Source: Eledone cirrhosa (Eukaryota). From it: DNA of 64,000 bases. Where the stretch lies: positions 52,018,001 to 52,082,000 of the forward strand of contig OZ024742.1 in NCBI GenBank assembly GCA_964016885.1, read 5' to 3'. The notes under the pieces were generated by a model. The model searched no databases and was not told where the DNA came from. It saw only the letters and a program-made list of their open reading frames with translations. Positions 45,574 to 58,114 of the stretch are shown here, piece after piece (position 1 is the first letter of the stretch; each line of letters begins with the position of its first letter). The position numbers and the translations under genes were made by a program.

Positions 45574-45775
45574 AAGGCAGTAGATTGGCAGTATTGGTAG
45601 AGCGCCAGGCAACAAGCTTTGTGTGATTTAGTTACTTTTTTTTGTCTACTTTATGAGTTCAAATCCAACCGAGTTAATATTTGCCTTTTTTATTCTGATG
45701 TCAATAAAATGAAGTACCGACTAAGAACAGTGGCCTGTGTAATTGACTTTCCCTTGTAACCAAATTGCTGGCCAA
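45574..45775 (+). mobile_element. tRNA-derived SINE, diverged
   Basis: tggcagtattggtagag ... gagttcaaatcc ... gtcaataaaatgaagtacc. Confidence 0.7.
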
Positions 45776-46693
45776 TGCAAGATTGTGTTATTATAGCAAA
45801 TTACTCTAATATAGTGTTGTCTAATTCTTTTTGACGTTCTAAATTGGCACGTATATCTTTGCCTAGACGAAATATAAAGCAGAAAAGACAGCAGTTGATT
45901 AGTAATTGCGAATTTTAAGAATGATCAACTATTCTCTGATAGTGAGAGGCATCTTTTGTTTGCAATCAAAATTACAGTGGTTGTCAGGTGAAACTGTTTA
46001 ACGGCTCATATTAATAACAGACAAAATGAAACAAGTTTATGAAGTAAACGACACTCGTTGAACACTCGCCCATTGCCCATATTTTATTGTCATCCTCCTT
46101 GTACCTGATCTAATATACCAGGCATGTTAAACTAAATGTATGAGGGTATTTGTGCTGCAACGTGCCTCCATATTACATAAGAAAAATAAGGGAAATTACC
46201 TCAAATCTTTTCATGATATAATTCAATATGTAATAATCCCGTAGTTTCAGCAAATCCCTTCTTCCCTGATAGGAAGGTGTTCGAAATCAGTCGCCTTATA
46301 TTTTATTTGTTTACCGTTTTAGTTTTCAGTTGTTGATTTATGAGGTAATAGGATCTATTCATTCAAAGTTTGCCATTGTTTTCACACAGTTTATCAATAC
46401 TATTATTTTTCGGAATTTTGAATAAATATATTTTATCTTAGCCTTATTTCAAGTCCAACTGCTTATATTCTGAAATATCAAATAGTTTCTCAACTCACGA
46501 CAGCAGAGTATGAAATCAAATTATGAAAACCATTTATAATACAGTGTGTAACAAATGAATGTACTAAACTAAAATATATTAAAACAGAGTGTTGTTGGTC
46601 CCTTACATATTCAGTGACCATGAATAAATAAACACCCGTTTTGTTTTAATATTTAAACCATAAGCAAACATTTCTAATTCATATTATCTATTA

Positions 46694-46868
46694 AGATTGG
46701 TAGTATCAGTAGAAGGTCGGACACCATGCTGTGACGCAAAGAGTTACGCCCCTTTATGATCTGAGTTCAAATCCCGCCGAGGTTAACTTTACCTTTTACC
46801 CTTACGGGGTCGATAAAAAAAGTACCAGAAATGTACTGGGTAATTGTGCCAAAAGTAGAAGCAATTAT
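46694..46868 (+). mobile_element. tRNA-derived SINE
   Basis: gagttcaaatcccgccgaggttaacttt...ggggtcgataaaaaaagtaccag. Confidence 0.8.
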
Positions 46869-47368
46869 CTATTAACACGTGACAATTAAAAATTGACATT
46901 TGAAAACAATTTTAATATAATAAATAATGTTCGGTTCTTCTCCAGAACTGTATTAAGTGTTTGGAACATCTACAGTGTAAACAGATAAACTAAGGTTTTA
47001 TATGTTTACAAAGTTTCAAAAATATTTTGTAATATCTTCTTAAATTTCGGAAAATTAAAATCTCACAACTGAAAATAAAAATTTAATGCAACAAATAAAA
47101 AATGTAAAACGGTTATTCAGAAATATGTATTGTGTTTATTGAAGTCTTAAAATTAAACATATATAATCTAAGGTATTTTTAATGTTTTCAAATTTTCACT
47201 AATGTGTTTAGAATATTTTCATAACTTATAAGAATTTAAATTCGCTACCGCAAGCAGAATTATCCTTTAACCTTGATAATAAACAACATGTTATAACTGG
47301 AGGATTTTGTTCCTTTAAATAGGTTTATATATAACATCAAATTAAAAAAATACAGTCCTAGAGGCATC

Positions 47369-47428
47369 TTGCTAGTAATCTTATGATTACTAGCAGAAAA
47401 ACCACCCTTCGGGTGGTTTTCTGCTAGC
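47369..47428. repeat. Two overlapping hairpins with CTAG ends, resembling a Helitron 3' end
   Basis: gctagtaatc-ttat-gattactagc and ctagcagaaaaaccaccc-ttc-gggtggttttctgctag. Confidence 0.6.
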
Positions 47429-48963
47429 TTGAGTAGTGTGCATATTGCTATTATACGCAAGTATATATGCATGTAGATATGATATATCATATAAAATCGT
47501 AATTGACAATATATGTAAATCTCAACAATATTCATCGTCACACAGCGTGTGGCTAGGCTGTCCTCCCAACGTAATTCTCAAGAAGATACATCGTGATGTG
47601 TGACTAGGCTGTTACACACATCGTCATTGAATGACAGTTATAGGAACTGATGGCGTTCTAGCCAGTTTCCATCTATCCAACGTCACTCATTTGCTAGTCA
47701 TGGTGGGTACGGATTCAATAATAAAGATAATTTCTGAATATGCCAGTCAGAGAAATCGAAACTTGAAACACATGGTAGTAAAACGACCTATTTGTTCAAG
47801 TTTGCGTCATATATCTAATTAGAAATACAAACATAAACATCTAACAAAGAAACTAATATAAACTATTTTGAATGTTAAATAATTTGTTTGCATTTGGGTT
47901 CATGTTTAGACCAGCAACTATTATGCGCCATGGTGTACAGCTACAGCTTGATATTTTGTATTTAATAAATACTTTTGACAACTGTTTAGAAACATGTAAT
48001 TCCTTTATTTTTTAATTTAAAATCGTCTGCACGTGTTTGTGTGTGTGTGTGTCTGTCTGTCTGTATGTCTGTTTGTGAGTGTATGTGAGCTCAATTTAAA
48101 GTCTATAGTTCACTGTTACAACATTATTAAATCATATATACCATTCAGCGAAAAGAAATTGTGAAATAAATAAGAAAAACAAAACACTGCTTCCCATCAT
48201 TTGTTTCTTCATTTATATCATATATGTCTGCTCACGTGTTCCTGTTCGGCTGTACAAAAAAAATATAACAGTTTTTAAACAATGTGATTTAGCAAATCAA
48301 TCAACAGGATTGTATTTTTATCAGTTTAGAATTTTTTGTCATCGAACTTTCACTATTTTCATCATTTTGTTTTTTTAAAGTTAAATAAATATTCTGGAAA
48401 GTTTGTTTAACAATAATGCAACAAGTAGCTGTTGTGATGTAAAACAACTTTTGCTCAGATAATATTTGTGATATATTTCGTCTTTTCTTTTTTCTATGTT
48501 TCTCGTCTGACTATTGAAAAAAATCTGCAGTTTGTCTACAGTTGAATAATTTGGTGTAAAAGGAAAGCAATTTTCCAAAGTAAATAATATAGAAAAGAAA
48601 AAAGAAATATTTATAAAATAACAGAAGATTTGGATAAATGTCAAATATAATATTCCTGCAGAACAGAGTATTTTGTATAATTGTATGTATATATATGTGT
48701 GTGTGTGTGCGTATGCGTATATGTGTGTGGGTGTCTGTGTGTGTGTGTGTATGTTTGTGTGTTTGTGTGATTGTGAGTGTATGTTTGCGTTTGTGTGTTT
48801 GTTAGTGCGTATGTCGGTATGTAGGTAGGTATATACACACAGTCATGACAAAATAATGAACCACTTAACACTTAAAAATGCTTCGAAAATATTGCTTTCT
48901 TTACCACAAAACTATGTTAGAAAGTCAATACGACAAGATCACATATAGCGTTGATATGTTAGA

Positions 48964-49003
<40 letters not shown>

Positions 49004-49016
49004 TGCATATACTTGC

Positions 49017-49060
<44 letters not shown>

Positions 49061-49119
49061 GGAAAAAAGGAAACGAAATTTCATATCTCACTCTTAGTAC
49101 GGCTGTTACTTAATACATA

Positions 49120-49164
<45 letters not shown>

Positions 49165-49190
49165 GTACTAAGAGTGAGAAATATATATAT

Positions 49191-49221
<31 letters not shown>

Positions 49222-49607
49222 AATGTACTAAGAGTGAGAAATGAAACTTCGTTTCATTCTATTCCATATATATAAATATATACATATATAATTAATATTA
49301 GGAGGCACTTGAAATATATTCAAGCAGATAAAAAAAAATACAATATACAACATAATCAATTTGTTTCCGGACAATTTAAGTAGAGAAGATTCAATTCTAA
49401 CATCACATCCGCTTCGTTATGTAGTGCCGAGTCGTGACGATTGAGTGAGAGTGTCCTCAAAAGCTCAGAAAATTCCAACACATTTGTATGATTATGTACA
49501 GAATTTGTGAGCAGCAAATAATTATGGGTTAAACAAGAATCCATTGTAATAAGTATGAATATACAAACACACATACGCGCACGCGCGTGCACGCACGCAC
49601 ACGCACG

Positions 49608-49715
<108 letters not shown>

Positions 49716-49791
49716 CTCTGTTACCTACATAGAGCACTCTTTTTTCCTGGACTTTTCCGACGGAATTACTTCACATATATATATATATATA

Positions 49792-50932
49792 TATGAAAAA
49801 ATGGGGAGAAGAATACTGCAGGTTGCACATGGATAACATGTAATAAAATGAGTCCCTCATCAGTGATTTGCCGACGATCATAGATATTTCATTGCATTAA
49901 AAATCATATACCTCACGTCGGTGCAATAATAACTAAATTAAGTTATTAGGACAATTAAAACGCGTAAAGCGAGTGAGAAAAGATAACAACAAAGAGGAGA
50001 GCTAACCGTGGAGAGGAAGGGAACAAGCTACATAGTTATTCTGTTAGCATAAGCTAGGTGTATATATGAGCGCTTAGAAAAAAGACCTTTCGAGATAAAT
50101 CCAAATTTGAGAAAGAGAGAAAATGTTTTCGTCGTGAACGGTGTGAAGTGACAAGGGGAGAAACAGTGAGTGAGTGAGTGGAAGTGTGAGGAAGAGTTAA
50201 CTGACATGACAGAGGGGATGAAAGAAAGTAGGAGAAACAGAGAGAACGAGGGAGCAGTAAGAGAGAGAGAGAGAAAAAAAAACAGAATCGCAGTTTAGGT
50301 AAATATATGTGAAAAAATGGGGAGAAGAATACTACAGGTTGCACATGGATAACATGTAATAAAATGAGTCCCTCATCAGTGATTTGCCGACGATCATAGA
50401 TATTTCATTGCATTAAAAATCATATACCTCACGTCGGTGCAATAATAACTAAATTAAGTTATTAGGACAATTAAAACGCGTAAAGCGAGTGAGACAAGAT
50501 AACAACAAAGAGGAGAGCTAACCGTAGAGAGGAAGGGAACAAGCTACATAGTTATTCTGTTAGCATAAGGTAGTTGAATATATGAGCGCTTAGAAAAAAG
50601 ACCATTCGGGATGAATCCAAATGTGAGAAAGAGAGAAAATGTTTTCGTCGCGAACGGGGTGAAGTGAGAAGGGGAGAAACAGTGAGTGAGTGAGTGGAAG
50701 TGTGAGGAAGAGTTAACTGATATGACAGAGGGGGCGAAAGAAAGTAGGAGAAACAGAGAGAACGAGGGAGCAGTAAGAGAGAGAGAGAGAAAAAAACAGA
50801 ATCGCAGTTTAGGTAAATATATGTGAAAAAATGGGGAGAAGAATACTGCAGGTTGCACATGGATAACATGTAAGAAAATGAGTCCCTCATCAGTGATTTG
50901 CCGACGATCATAGATATTTCATTGCATTAAAA

Positions 50933-50938
<6 letters not shown>
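49792..50938. repeat. Tandem array of a ~515-bp non-coding unit (about 2.25 copies) in (TA)n
   Basis: cctcatcagtg occurs at 49855, 50371 and 50885. Both ends abut TA repeats. Confidence 0.9.
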
Positions 50939-50967
<29 letters not shown>

Positions 50968-50995
50968 CTTTGAATGTATTTGTGTACGTTGATAA

Positions 50996-51568
50996 TCTAT
51001 ATATATAAAGCTGTGGTTGTCTGTCTGTCTGTCTATCGATTTTTGGCACACACCTCCTCTTAGAATCTCTGACGGAATTGCACCGAAATTGCTATACTTG
51101 TAGATTGAGCCCTAGCGAAGACATCGGAAAAAAAATATTTCAAATTGACCCACCTTATGTGACGAAATCGAATCTAATGTATCGATTTTTTAGCGTAAGT
51201 GACGAGTTATTTCCCTTTGTTCTGTTTACATTGAGCGTCTTTTACGATACACGAACAGTTGTCGAGCCAGCAAAATTTTGACCTGCAAAATTCATCAGTT
51301 CGAACACTAAGCTTCCGTTTTGCTTCATTTCCATTTAAAAGCTTTTTAAAACAATATTTTTATTTGAAAACAAGTCTATTTAAAGACTACGTAAAACAAG
51401 CAAATATTTCGTAAAAAAAAGCAAATATTATATAAGTTTATTTTAAATATATGTATCTGTAAATTTCGTTAGGCGTGCTGACAGACTTTAAGCCAAAAAA
51501 GAAACTTAACATTGTAACTTTAACACAGCTACTGAGCGACCCCGAGCAACGCCGGGCTTTACTGCTAG
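50996..51568 (+). mobile_element. Complete non-autonomous Helitron (573 bp)
   Basis: A|TCTATATATATAAAG...(tgtc)n...cccgagcaacgccggg hairpin...CTAG|T. Confidence 0.88.
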
Positions 51569-52434
51569 TTTTCAATAAAGTAATACCGAAAAAAAAAATA
51601 TCAATTTATGATTTTGCTTTTGTTTTTGTCTGGCTTGCTCATCTCTGTGTTTGTGTGTTTGTGCATGTGTGTGTGTGTGTGTCTGTGTCTGTGTGTGTCT
51701 GTGTGTCTGTGTGTGTCTGTGTTTGTGTGTGTATGTGTGTGTTAGTGTGTCTGTGTGTGTTTGTGTGTGTGTGTGTGTTTGTGTGTATGTGTGTGTTAGT
51801 GTGTCTGTGTGTGTTTGTGTGTGTGTGTGTGTTTGTGTGTTTGTGTGTGTGTGTGTCTGTGTGTGTTTCTGTGTGTTTCTGTGTGTTTCTGTGTATATGT
51901 GTGTGTTAGTTTGTGCCTGTGTGTGTATGTGTGTGTTTGTGTGTGTCTGTGTGTGTTTGTGTATGCCTGTGTCTGTTTGTGTGTGTCTGTGTCTGTTTGT
52001 GTGTGTGTGTGAGTGCATGTAGATTTGTATATTGTATGAATGTGTGTGTATATCTATGTCTGTGTATGTATGTGTGTGTGTGTCTGTGTGTGTCTGTGTT
52101 TGTGTGTGTTTGTGTGTGTCTGTGTGTATGTAGATTTATGTACTGTATGTATGTGTGTGGTATGTTTGATGTGGTTGTGTGCGATTGTGTGTACATGTGG
52201 ATGTGTACGTCTATGTGTATGTGTATTTGTCTGTGTTTTTCTGTGTGCACAGGTCTGTTAACGTGGACGTATTAGTGCACCTGCTATTTGGCTATTAATT
52301 GTAAGGTCTGAGTTCGATTCCCAGCAACGCCTTGTCTCCTTCAACAAAACACTTTATTTCACCTTGTCTCCTTGAGTAACACATTATTTCACGTGGTGTC
52401 CTTAAACAAGACACCATCCCCAAGTTATTCCGGG

Positions 52435-52614
52435 TTGAATCGGAGGTAACCACAGTAAGTAAGGTACTCAATACATAACAGAGTATAAAAGTTTTAATAT
52501 AGAAGAGCTTCTACCGGACTAGAACTGTTTCATTCGTAAGAAATCATCAGGGAGACCCTGATGATTTCTCACGAATGAAACAGTTCTAGTCGTGTAGAAG
52601 CTCGTCTATATTAA

Positions 52615-52618
<4 letters not shown>
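52435..52618. mobile_element. Mini fold-back F3 with HHR cores on both strands
   Basis: tttcattcgtaagaaa TCATCAG ggagacc CTGATGA tttctcacgaat GAAA; the palindrome spans about 52492-52616. Confidence 0.75.
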
Positions 52619-52690
<72 letters not shown>

Positions 52691-52693
<3 letters not shown>

Positions 52694-52792
52694 CGAAGGA
52701 AATGTGGTAAGGAACAAGCTGGACCATAACGTACCAAAGTACTCAATACTTAGGGTAGTAGTGTGGTGGGTAATAGGAACAAGTAGGACCCC
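52691..52792 (-). mobile_element. F1 long tail, single arm
   Basis: taacgaaggaaatgtggtaaggaac...gtaggacccc, matching 21782-21880. Confidence 0.75.
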
Positions 52793-52859
52793 AGAAGGGA
52801 GGAGAGCGGGCATTCCTGTCAGATGTATCGCGTGATTTGGAACGGCTCGAGCAGGTGTT

Positions 52860-54711
52860 GCTGCTGTGCATTGCAGCAGTCCAGCCCCTGAAAACGGGTC
52901 CGAACCCTGCCGCCACGAGCAACGCATCCAGGTACCGATGGTCGACCCTATCGAACGCCTTAGATTGATCCAAGTTGATTAGAGCCCCATCAAAGCCGAG
53001 TTCGTTCCCTACTCTCTCTACGATGTATCGCATGAGGTGGAGGTTGTCGAGTATGGACCTGGACGGGATTGCGCATGTCTGCGCTTCTCCCACCAGGTTC
53101 CCAACAACAAGCGCCAACCTCTTCGGTAACACCTTGGCCAACATCTTTAACTCTGTGTTTAGCAGAGTTATGGGCCTGAAGTTATCTATGTCTTCCCCCT
53201 TGTTCTCGTCCTTCCTCACCAACGCACTTGGTCACAGAACTGGGAATTCTTCCGTTCTGTTGCCAGTTACAGTAGACCGCCTCGAGGATATCGGAGAACA
53301 AGTCCGGCATATAAAGTTCTTATCGTAGACCATCGAGACCGGGAGATTTGTGTTTGCCGCATTGGCTCAGCGCTTCTCCCTATTTCAGCGACTGAAATCG
53401 GCCTTTCGCAGCACTTCGCCTCCGAGAGCCGCGGCAGACGGTCAAGGTATGGACCGAAATACATGGCCTCACCCGGCCCGCCGCCCCTCCCGAAAAATCG
53501 TGCAACGCGCCGTTGAAAGGCCGTGCACATCCGCTCGGGTTCAAGGATCACGCGTCCATCCTGGTCCTTCAAAGACCAAATCGTGGACTTGTTCGACTTT
53601 TTGCCTCTGTCACTCGGGCCCAGCTAACAGCTTTGGCTCCCTCGTTACCCAGAGCACGTATTTTACTCCTGACAACACAGCCCTCGTGCTTCGCGTCAAA
53701 GAACTGGTCTAGGGCCGTTCTTGACGCCAGCACGCTGGCCACGTTGCCACTCCTAATCGCCTCTTCTACTCTATCTATCAATTCCCTTTTAGTTCTATTA
53801 TTCCTATCGGATGCTAATTCCTGACTAACACCTATCGATTCTATTCTAATTTCTCTCGAGAGAGAGACCCACCACCTGCTATTGACAATTGCCCCCGTCA
53901 ACCGCTTCTTAACTAGAGTGCTAATCCGCTTACTGTAAGCTTTGTTTGTCAGTAAGGACAAGTTTAGCTTCCAGTAACCGGGTCCTTGTCTATGGGTTCT
54001 ATCAAGGCTGATCACTCCGGTCACCAACTTGCGATCCGAATAGTCAACCATGAACATTCATGGACAGCTTAACATGTCCCTATCCATATTTCTAACTATG
54101 AGCCTATCTAGGTACGACCTAGATGTTCCGCTACCATTAGTCCACGTCCACAGTGGCACAGTCGGAAAATCTAGTCGATATCTATCGGCCAGATCAAATC
54201 GACCGATTAACCGTTTGAGGCTGTTACACCCCCTCCATCGGGACATGCCCCTACATAGTCCTAACGTGCATCCAGCATACCATTCCAGTCCTCCACTAAA
54301 AGCAAGGAGCGAGACGTTCCCAGAAAAGTCACTAGGCGTTGGAAGAAGTCCGGTCGCGGTGTCCCAGATGGGGCTTACGCTGCCACCAGCCTGAAGGCTC
54401 CACCTTCACTACTGCCGACGTCTAGAACCACCAGTCGACCCTCCGGGTCCAGGTGTACCTACAGTGTTGCTAGGCCCGGGTGTTTTCGCAGCAGAACGAC
54501 CACTCCGCCCCCACCCCCCAGCTGACAGAGAGATGCATAGATCTCAAAGTCGTCGAAGATGGGGGCCAGTTGGTGCTTGCTGCTGATCCTGGACTCGCAA
54601 ATAGCTATCACATCCATTTTGTGAGACCTGAGGTCATTTAAAAGTTTGCCCTGCTTCCAGGACATCCCCAGGCCGCGCACATTTAAACATCCAACTCTTA
54701 TAACAGCCATG
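52860..54711 (-). pseudogene. L1/Tx1-clade ORF2 fragment (APE endonuclease plus N-terminal RT)
   Basis: CLNVRGL, AICE, WTW...SYLDR, GPGYWKLNLSLL, NFRPITLLNTELK and LDQSKAFDRVDH; frameshifted and 3' truncated. Confidence 0.92.
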
Positions 54712-55112
54712 TTGGTGGTGAAGTGTTTAGAGTGGAGAAAAAGGAAAAGACACCTACCTGTCCTTCTTCTGGGGACCAGGCTGCACAATTTCCATGGAGG
54801 TGCGGCGGGGTTGTTTGGTGGGGTGGTGGTTTGGGACGTGGTGGGGACATCAGTATGTGGTGGGGTGGGTGGGTGTGGGTGGTGGGAGATGTGTCTGGGT
54901 GGTGGGAGGTAAATATTTCAAGAGGACGTGGTTGATAGGTCTAGTACAGGGGTTCCCCACGTCCTCGGGAAAGTTCTGTTTGAGCATTGCGACCCTAATG
55001 GGACCCTAATAATTTTTAAATGCGGTTTAGTCGCCGCGTTGGTGAACATTTTCCCTTCGGTTTCCACCGAAGGGTCTTTGTCTATTGTTTGCACAAGTGT
55101 TTTGTTGTTTGT

Positions 55113-55151
<39 letters not shown>

Positions 55152-55305
55152 TATATTTTGCCATTACCTTAACAAAATCAGACGAGCATTTGATTCCAGA
55201 GTAGGGTCAGATCGATACAGATTGAAACTTGAGCTGATCAATCGCGAAAGGCGCTTCACATCTCAATAAATGTAATGAAGATCTAACACTTCGTTCTTTT
55301 TTGGG

Positions 55306-55490
55306 GGATTGGCAGTATCGGCAGGAGGTCGGACGCCATGCTTTGCAACATAGAGTTCCGCCCCTTTACGGTATGAGTTCAAATCCCGCCGAGTTTAACT
55401 TTGCCTTTCATCCTTACGGGGTCGATAAAATAAAGCACCAGTAATGAACTGGGATAATTGCTGGCCTTGTGCCAAAAGTAGAAACAATTA
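55306..55490 (+). mobile_element. tRNA-derived SINE
   Basis: tggcagtatcgg...gagttcaaatcccgcc...gcctttcatccttacggggtcgataaaataaag. Confidence 0.85.
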
Positions 55491-55499
55491 ATTTTAATA

Positions 55500-56068
55500 T
55501 ATAGATATATGACGAAAAATAGATTAGAAGCACTCAACAGTGAAGTTTTCTGGAGTTATTAATATTACTTCAAAATATTAATAAATATAGATATTCATGT
55601 GATCAAATATATTTTATTATATATATTTCTTCGTTTTTATCTTCATATATCTATCTTTTTCTTTTCTCTTCTATTTAGCTCTCTCTCCAACTCTCATTTG
55701 TTTTTTTTCACTAATATGGATATTTACATATTTAATTATTCAAATTTTTAACAGTTATGTACTTATGTGTTCATGTATTTTACTTGTCTTTATATTTATT
55801 TATTGTATATGTTTCTACACGTTTTCCTACGTACCCTCTCAATTATATGTAGTTTGTCATGTTACTACTTATGGTATATAAATATTGAGTTTTGTCATAA
55901 CTAATCACTGCCAAAACTGGAATTGAACCATCAGTTCAGTTGAGGTATGTCACACATCAATTTATTTTATCTGATGAGGACGTACTGATGAAACAGCTCA
56001 GTACCTCAATATATATAATAAAATATATTTGATCACATGAATGTCTATATTTATTAATATTTTGAAGT

Positions 56069-56072
<4 letters not shown>
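55500..56072. mobile_element. PLE-type pLTR with ~65-bp inverted ends and a degenerate HHR
   Basis: 55563-55627 is the reverse complement of 56008-56070. From 55965: ttttat CTGATGA ggacgtactga-tgaaacagc-tcagtacctc aa tata ta taataaaa, with GAAA eroded. Confidence 0.6.
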
Positions 56073-56113
<41 letters not shown>

Positions 56114-56166
56114 GTGGAGAAGTATATACAGGAGAACAAACCGTTAAAACATGTTTATTTAAAACA

Positions 56167-56206
56167 GCCCATACGTACGTTTCGCTCGAAAGGGCTTCTC
56201 AAGGGC
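56167..56206 (-). ncRNA. Possible U3-A8 variant hammerhead
   Basis: Minus strand reads gccc TTGAGAA gccc-tttc-gagc GAAA cgtacg TA t gggc. Confidence 0.5.
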
Positions 56207-56440
56207 ATAAAAAACTAAAGAGTGTTCCTTACGTGACCCATAAGGGGTTTTAAAGATAAGTTCACATCTCAGCTCATTCTTCGTAAAAAACATGTATTGA
56301 TATTACAGTAGATCAAGGGAGATAACTCTAGCCGGTGTTCGAGTAGTGTACCCCAGGCTATTTGTTACTCTTTAGTATTTTGTGGTTACTGCTTTACCGT
56401 TGTCGATTCACGCAAGGTCAAGGACGCAAGGTTAACGTGG

Positions 56441-56603
<163 letters not shown>

Positions 56604-56726
56604 TGTGTGTCTGTGTGTCTGTGCGTGCATGTGTGTGTGTGTATGTGTTTGTGTATGTGTGTATAACCGTGGGATGTTGATGGTCTCAAGAATAATTACT
56701 CAATACAAAAGTAGAATTTAAATATA

Positions 56727-57853
56727 CTAGCTGACGTACCCAGCTTCGCCCGGGTAAACAGATAAGAGAAGACAGGTAAAAGAGAAAATGACTGTATTGG
56801 ATGTTTGTATGGTCACAGTATGAGGCGAGTTCGTGGTGTCTGTGTGATACAAAAAACAGTAAAAAAAATCTTCCAGATATACCAGATTCTTCGTTGTACC
56901 GTTTGTGCATAGTATATGAACAATTCTAGGTGCTCCCACCTAGAATAGTGACCTCTAGGAGATGGTTCATCTTCTACCTGACCGTAAAACGTGTATCATT
57001 GCATATACGTGGTTGTTCCACGTTTCTCAAAAGGATGATGGAAGTTCCAATCTTTTATATTATATGTAGATATAGATATAGATAATTAATATAAAAGATG
57101 ATGCTCAGCCAATTCGTCTTCAACCATCGCAGCACGCCGTCGCTGCTTGGCTCCAGTTGGCGTTGTTCAGCCAGCTCCTCTTCATTCATGGCGGCACGTC
57201 TTCGCCTCTGAAGTTCGGCGTTCCGATGGCGCTGTTCGGCCCATTTTTCTTCATTCCTGGCTGCACGCGGTCGCTGCTGTAATTCACTGTTTGATAAAGT
57301 AGAATTACTTTTATTATCAGAATTCATTTCGAGCAATTTCGAGCAAAAAAAAATGACACAATAATAAATATGAAAGATGTCCCATTGTAAAAAAAATGTC
57401 CCTATTTACTCCCTTCACAACTCTGTGTATGTTAGACTGACAGACAGGCACACAGACAGATAAACTGCGTTGCGATTGTGGAACGCCCCACGTACACACA
57501 CATACACGCATGGAAAGGCGCACACGCACGCAAACTTACACACGCATCCGTTCACTTACACACACGCACACACTCACACATGTTGATAGTTTTTACTTTC
57601 TGTGGAACGCTGCACGCACGGACACACACATAAATATACGAACACGTACATTCACACGCACACATGGTAATAGTTACAGCGTTCACTCTGTCTCTGTTTC
57701 TTACTCTCCCCTCTCACTCTCTCATTGGCATTATGTATATTAATTAGCGTTTGGCGTCGTTCAGGTGGGCGGAGACGTTTGAAACCTATGAACCAATGAT
57801 AATCGAGAATTATGACACACGGAATACTGACAGTGTGGAAATTAATATATAGA
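56727..57853 (-). mobile_element. Complete non-autonomous Helitron with an R/E-rich RepHel N-terminal remnant
   Basis: Minus strand reads A|TCTATATATTAAT ... acccgggcgaagctgggt hairpin ... CTAG|T. 57120-57285 encodes a repeated QRRRRAAMNEEELAEQR-like motif. Confidence 0.88.
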
Positions 57854-58114
57854 TAAGTTCTATTTTTCTAACGCCATGTTTCTACAAGGATTAAAAGAAA
57901 ATTTTAAAGGGATAAAAAAATATTGCGAAAAGCATGCTCATTGTCTATTATTCGTATACACGTGCATCTCTATATTATAATCTAGCACTTTACTCATAGT
58001 ATTATACATTCTTCAAAATTGTTCTCAGGCGTATTCATCAGGGAATTTATAAACTATCTAATGATGCGATCAAAGTGAAAAAGTATCCCAAAACACCCCG
58101 CCCAATATATATAT

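Noticed and set aside
51475-52275. Cys/Val- and His/Thr-rich ORFs, and many similar ones across the window
   Set aside because: These are (GT)n, (CA)n and (TA)n microsatellite translations.
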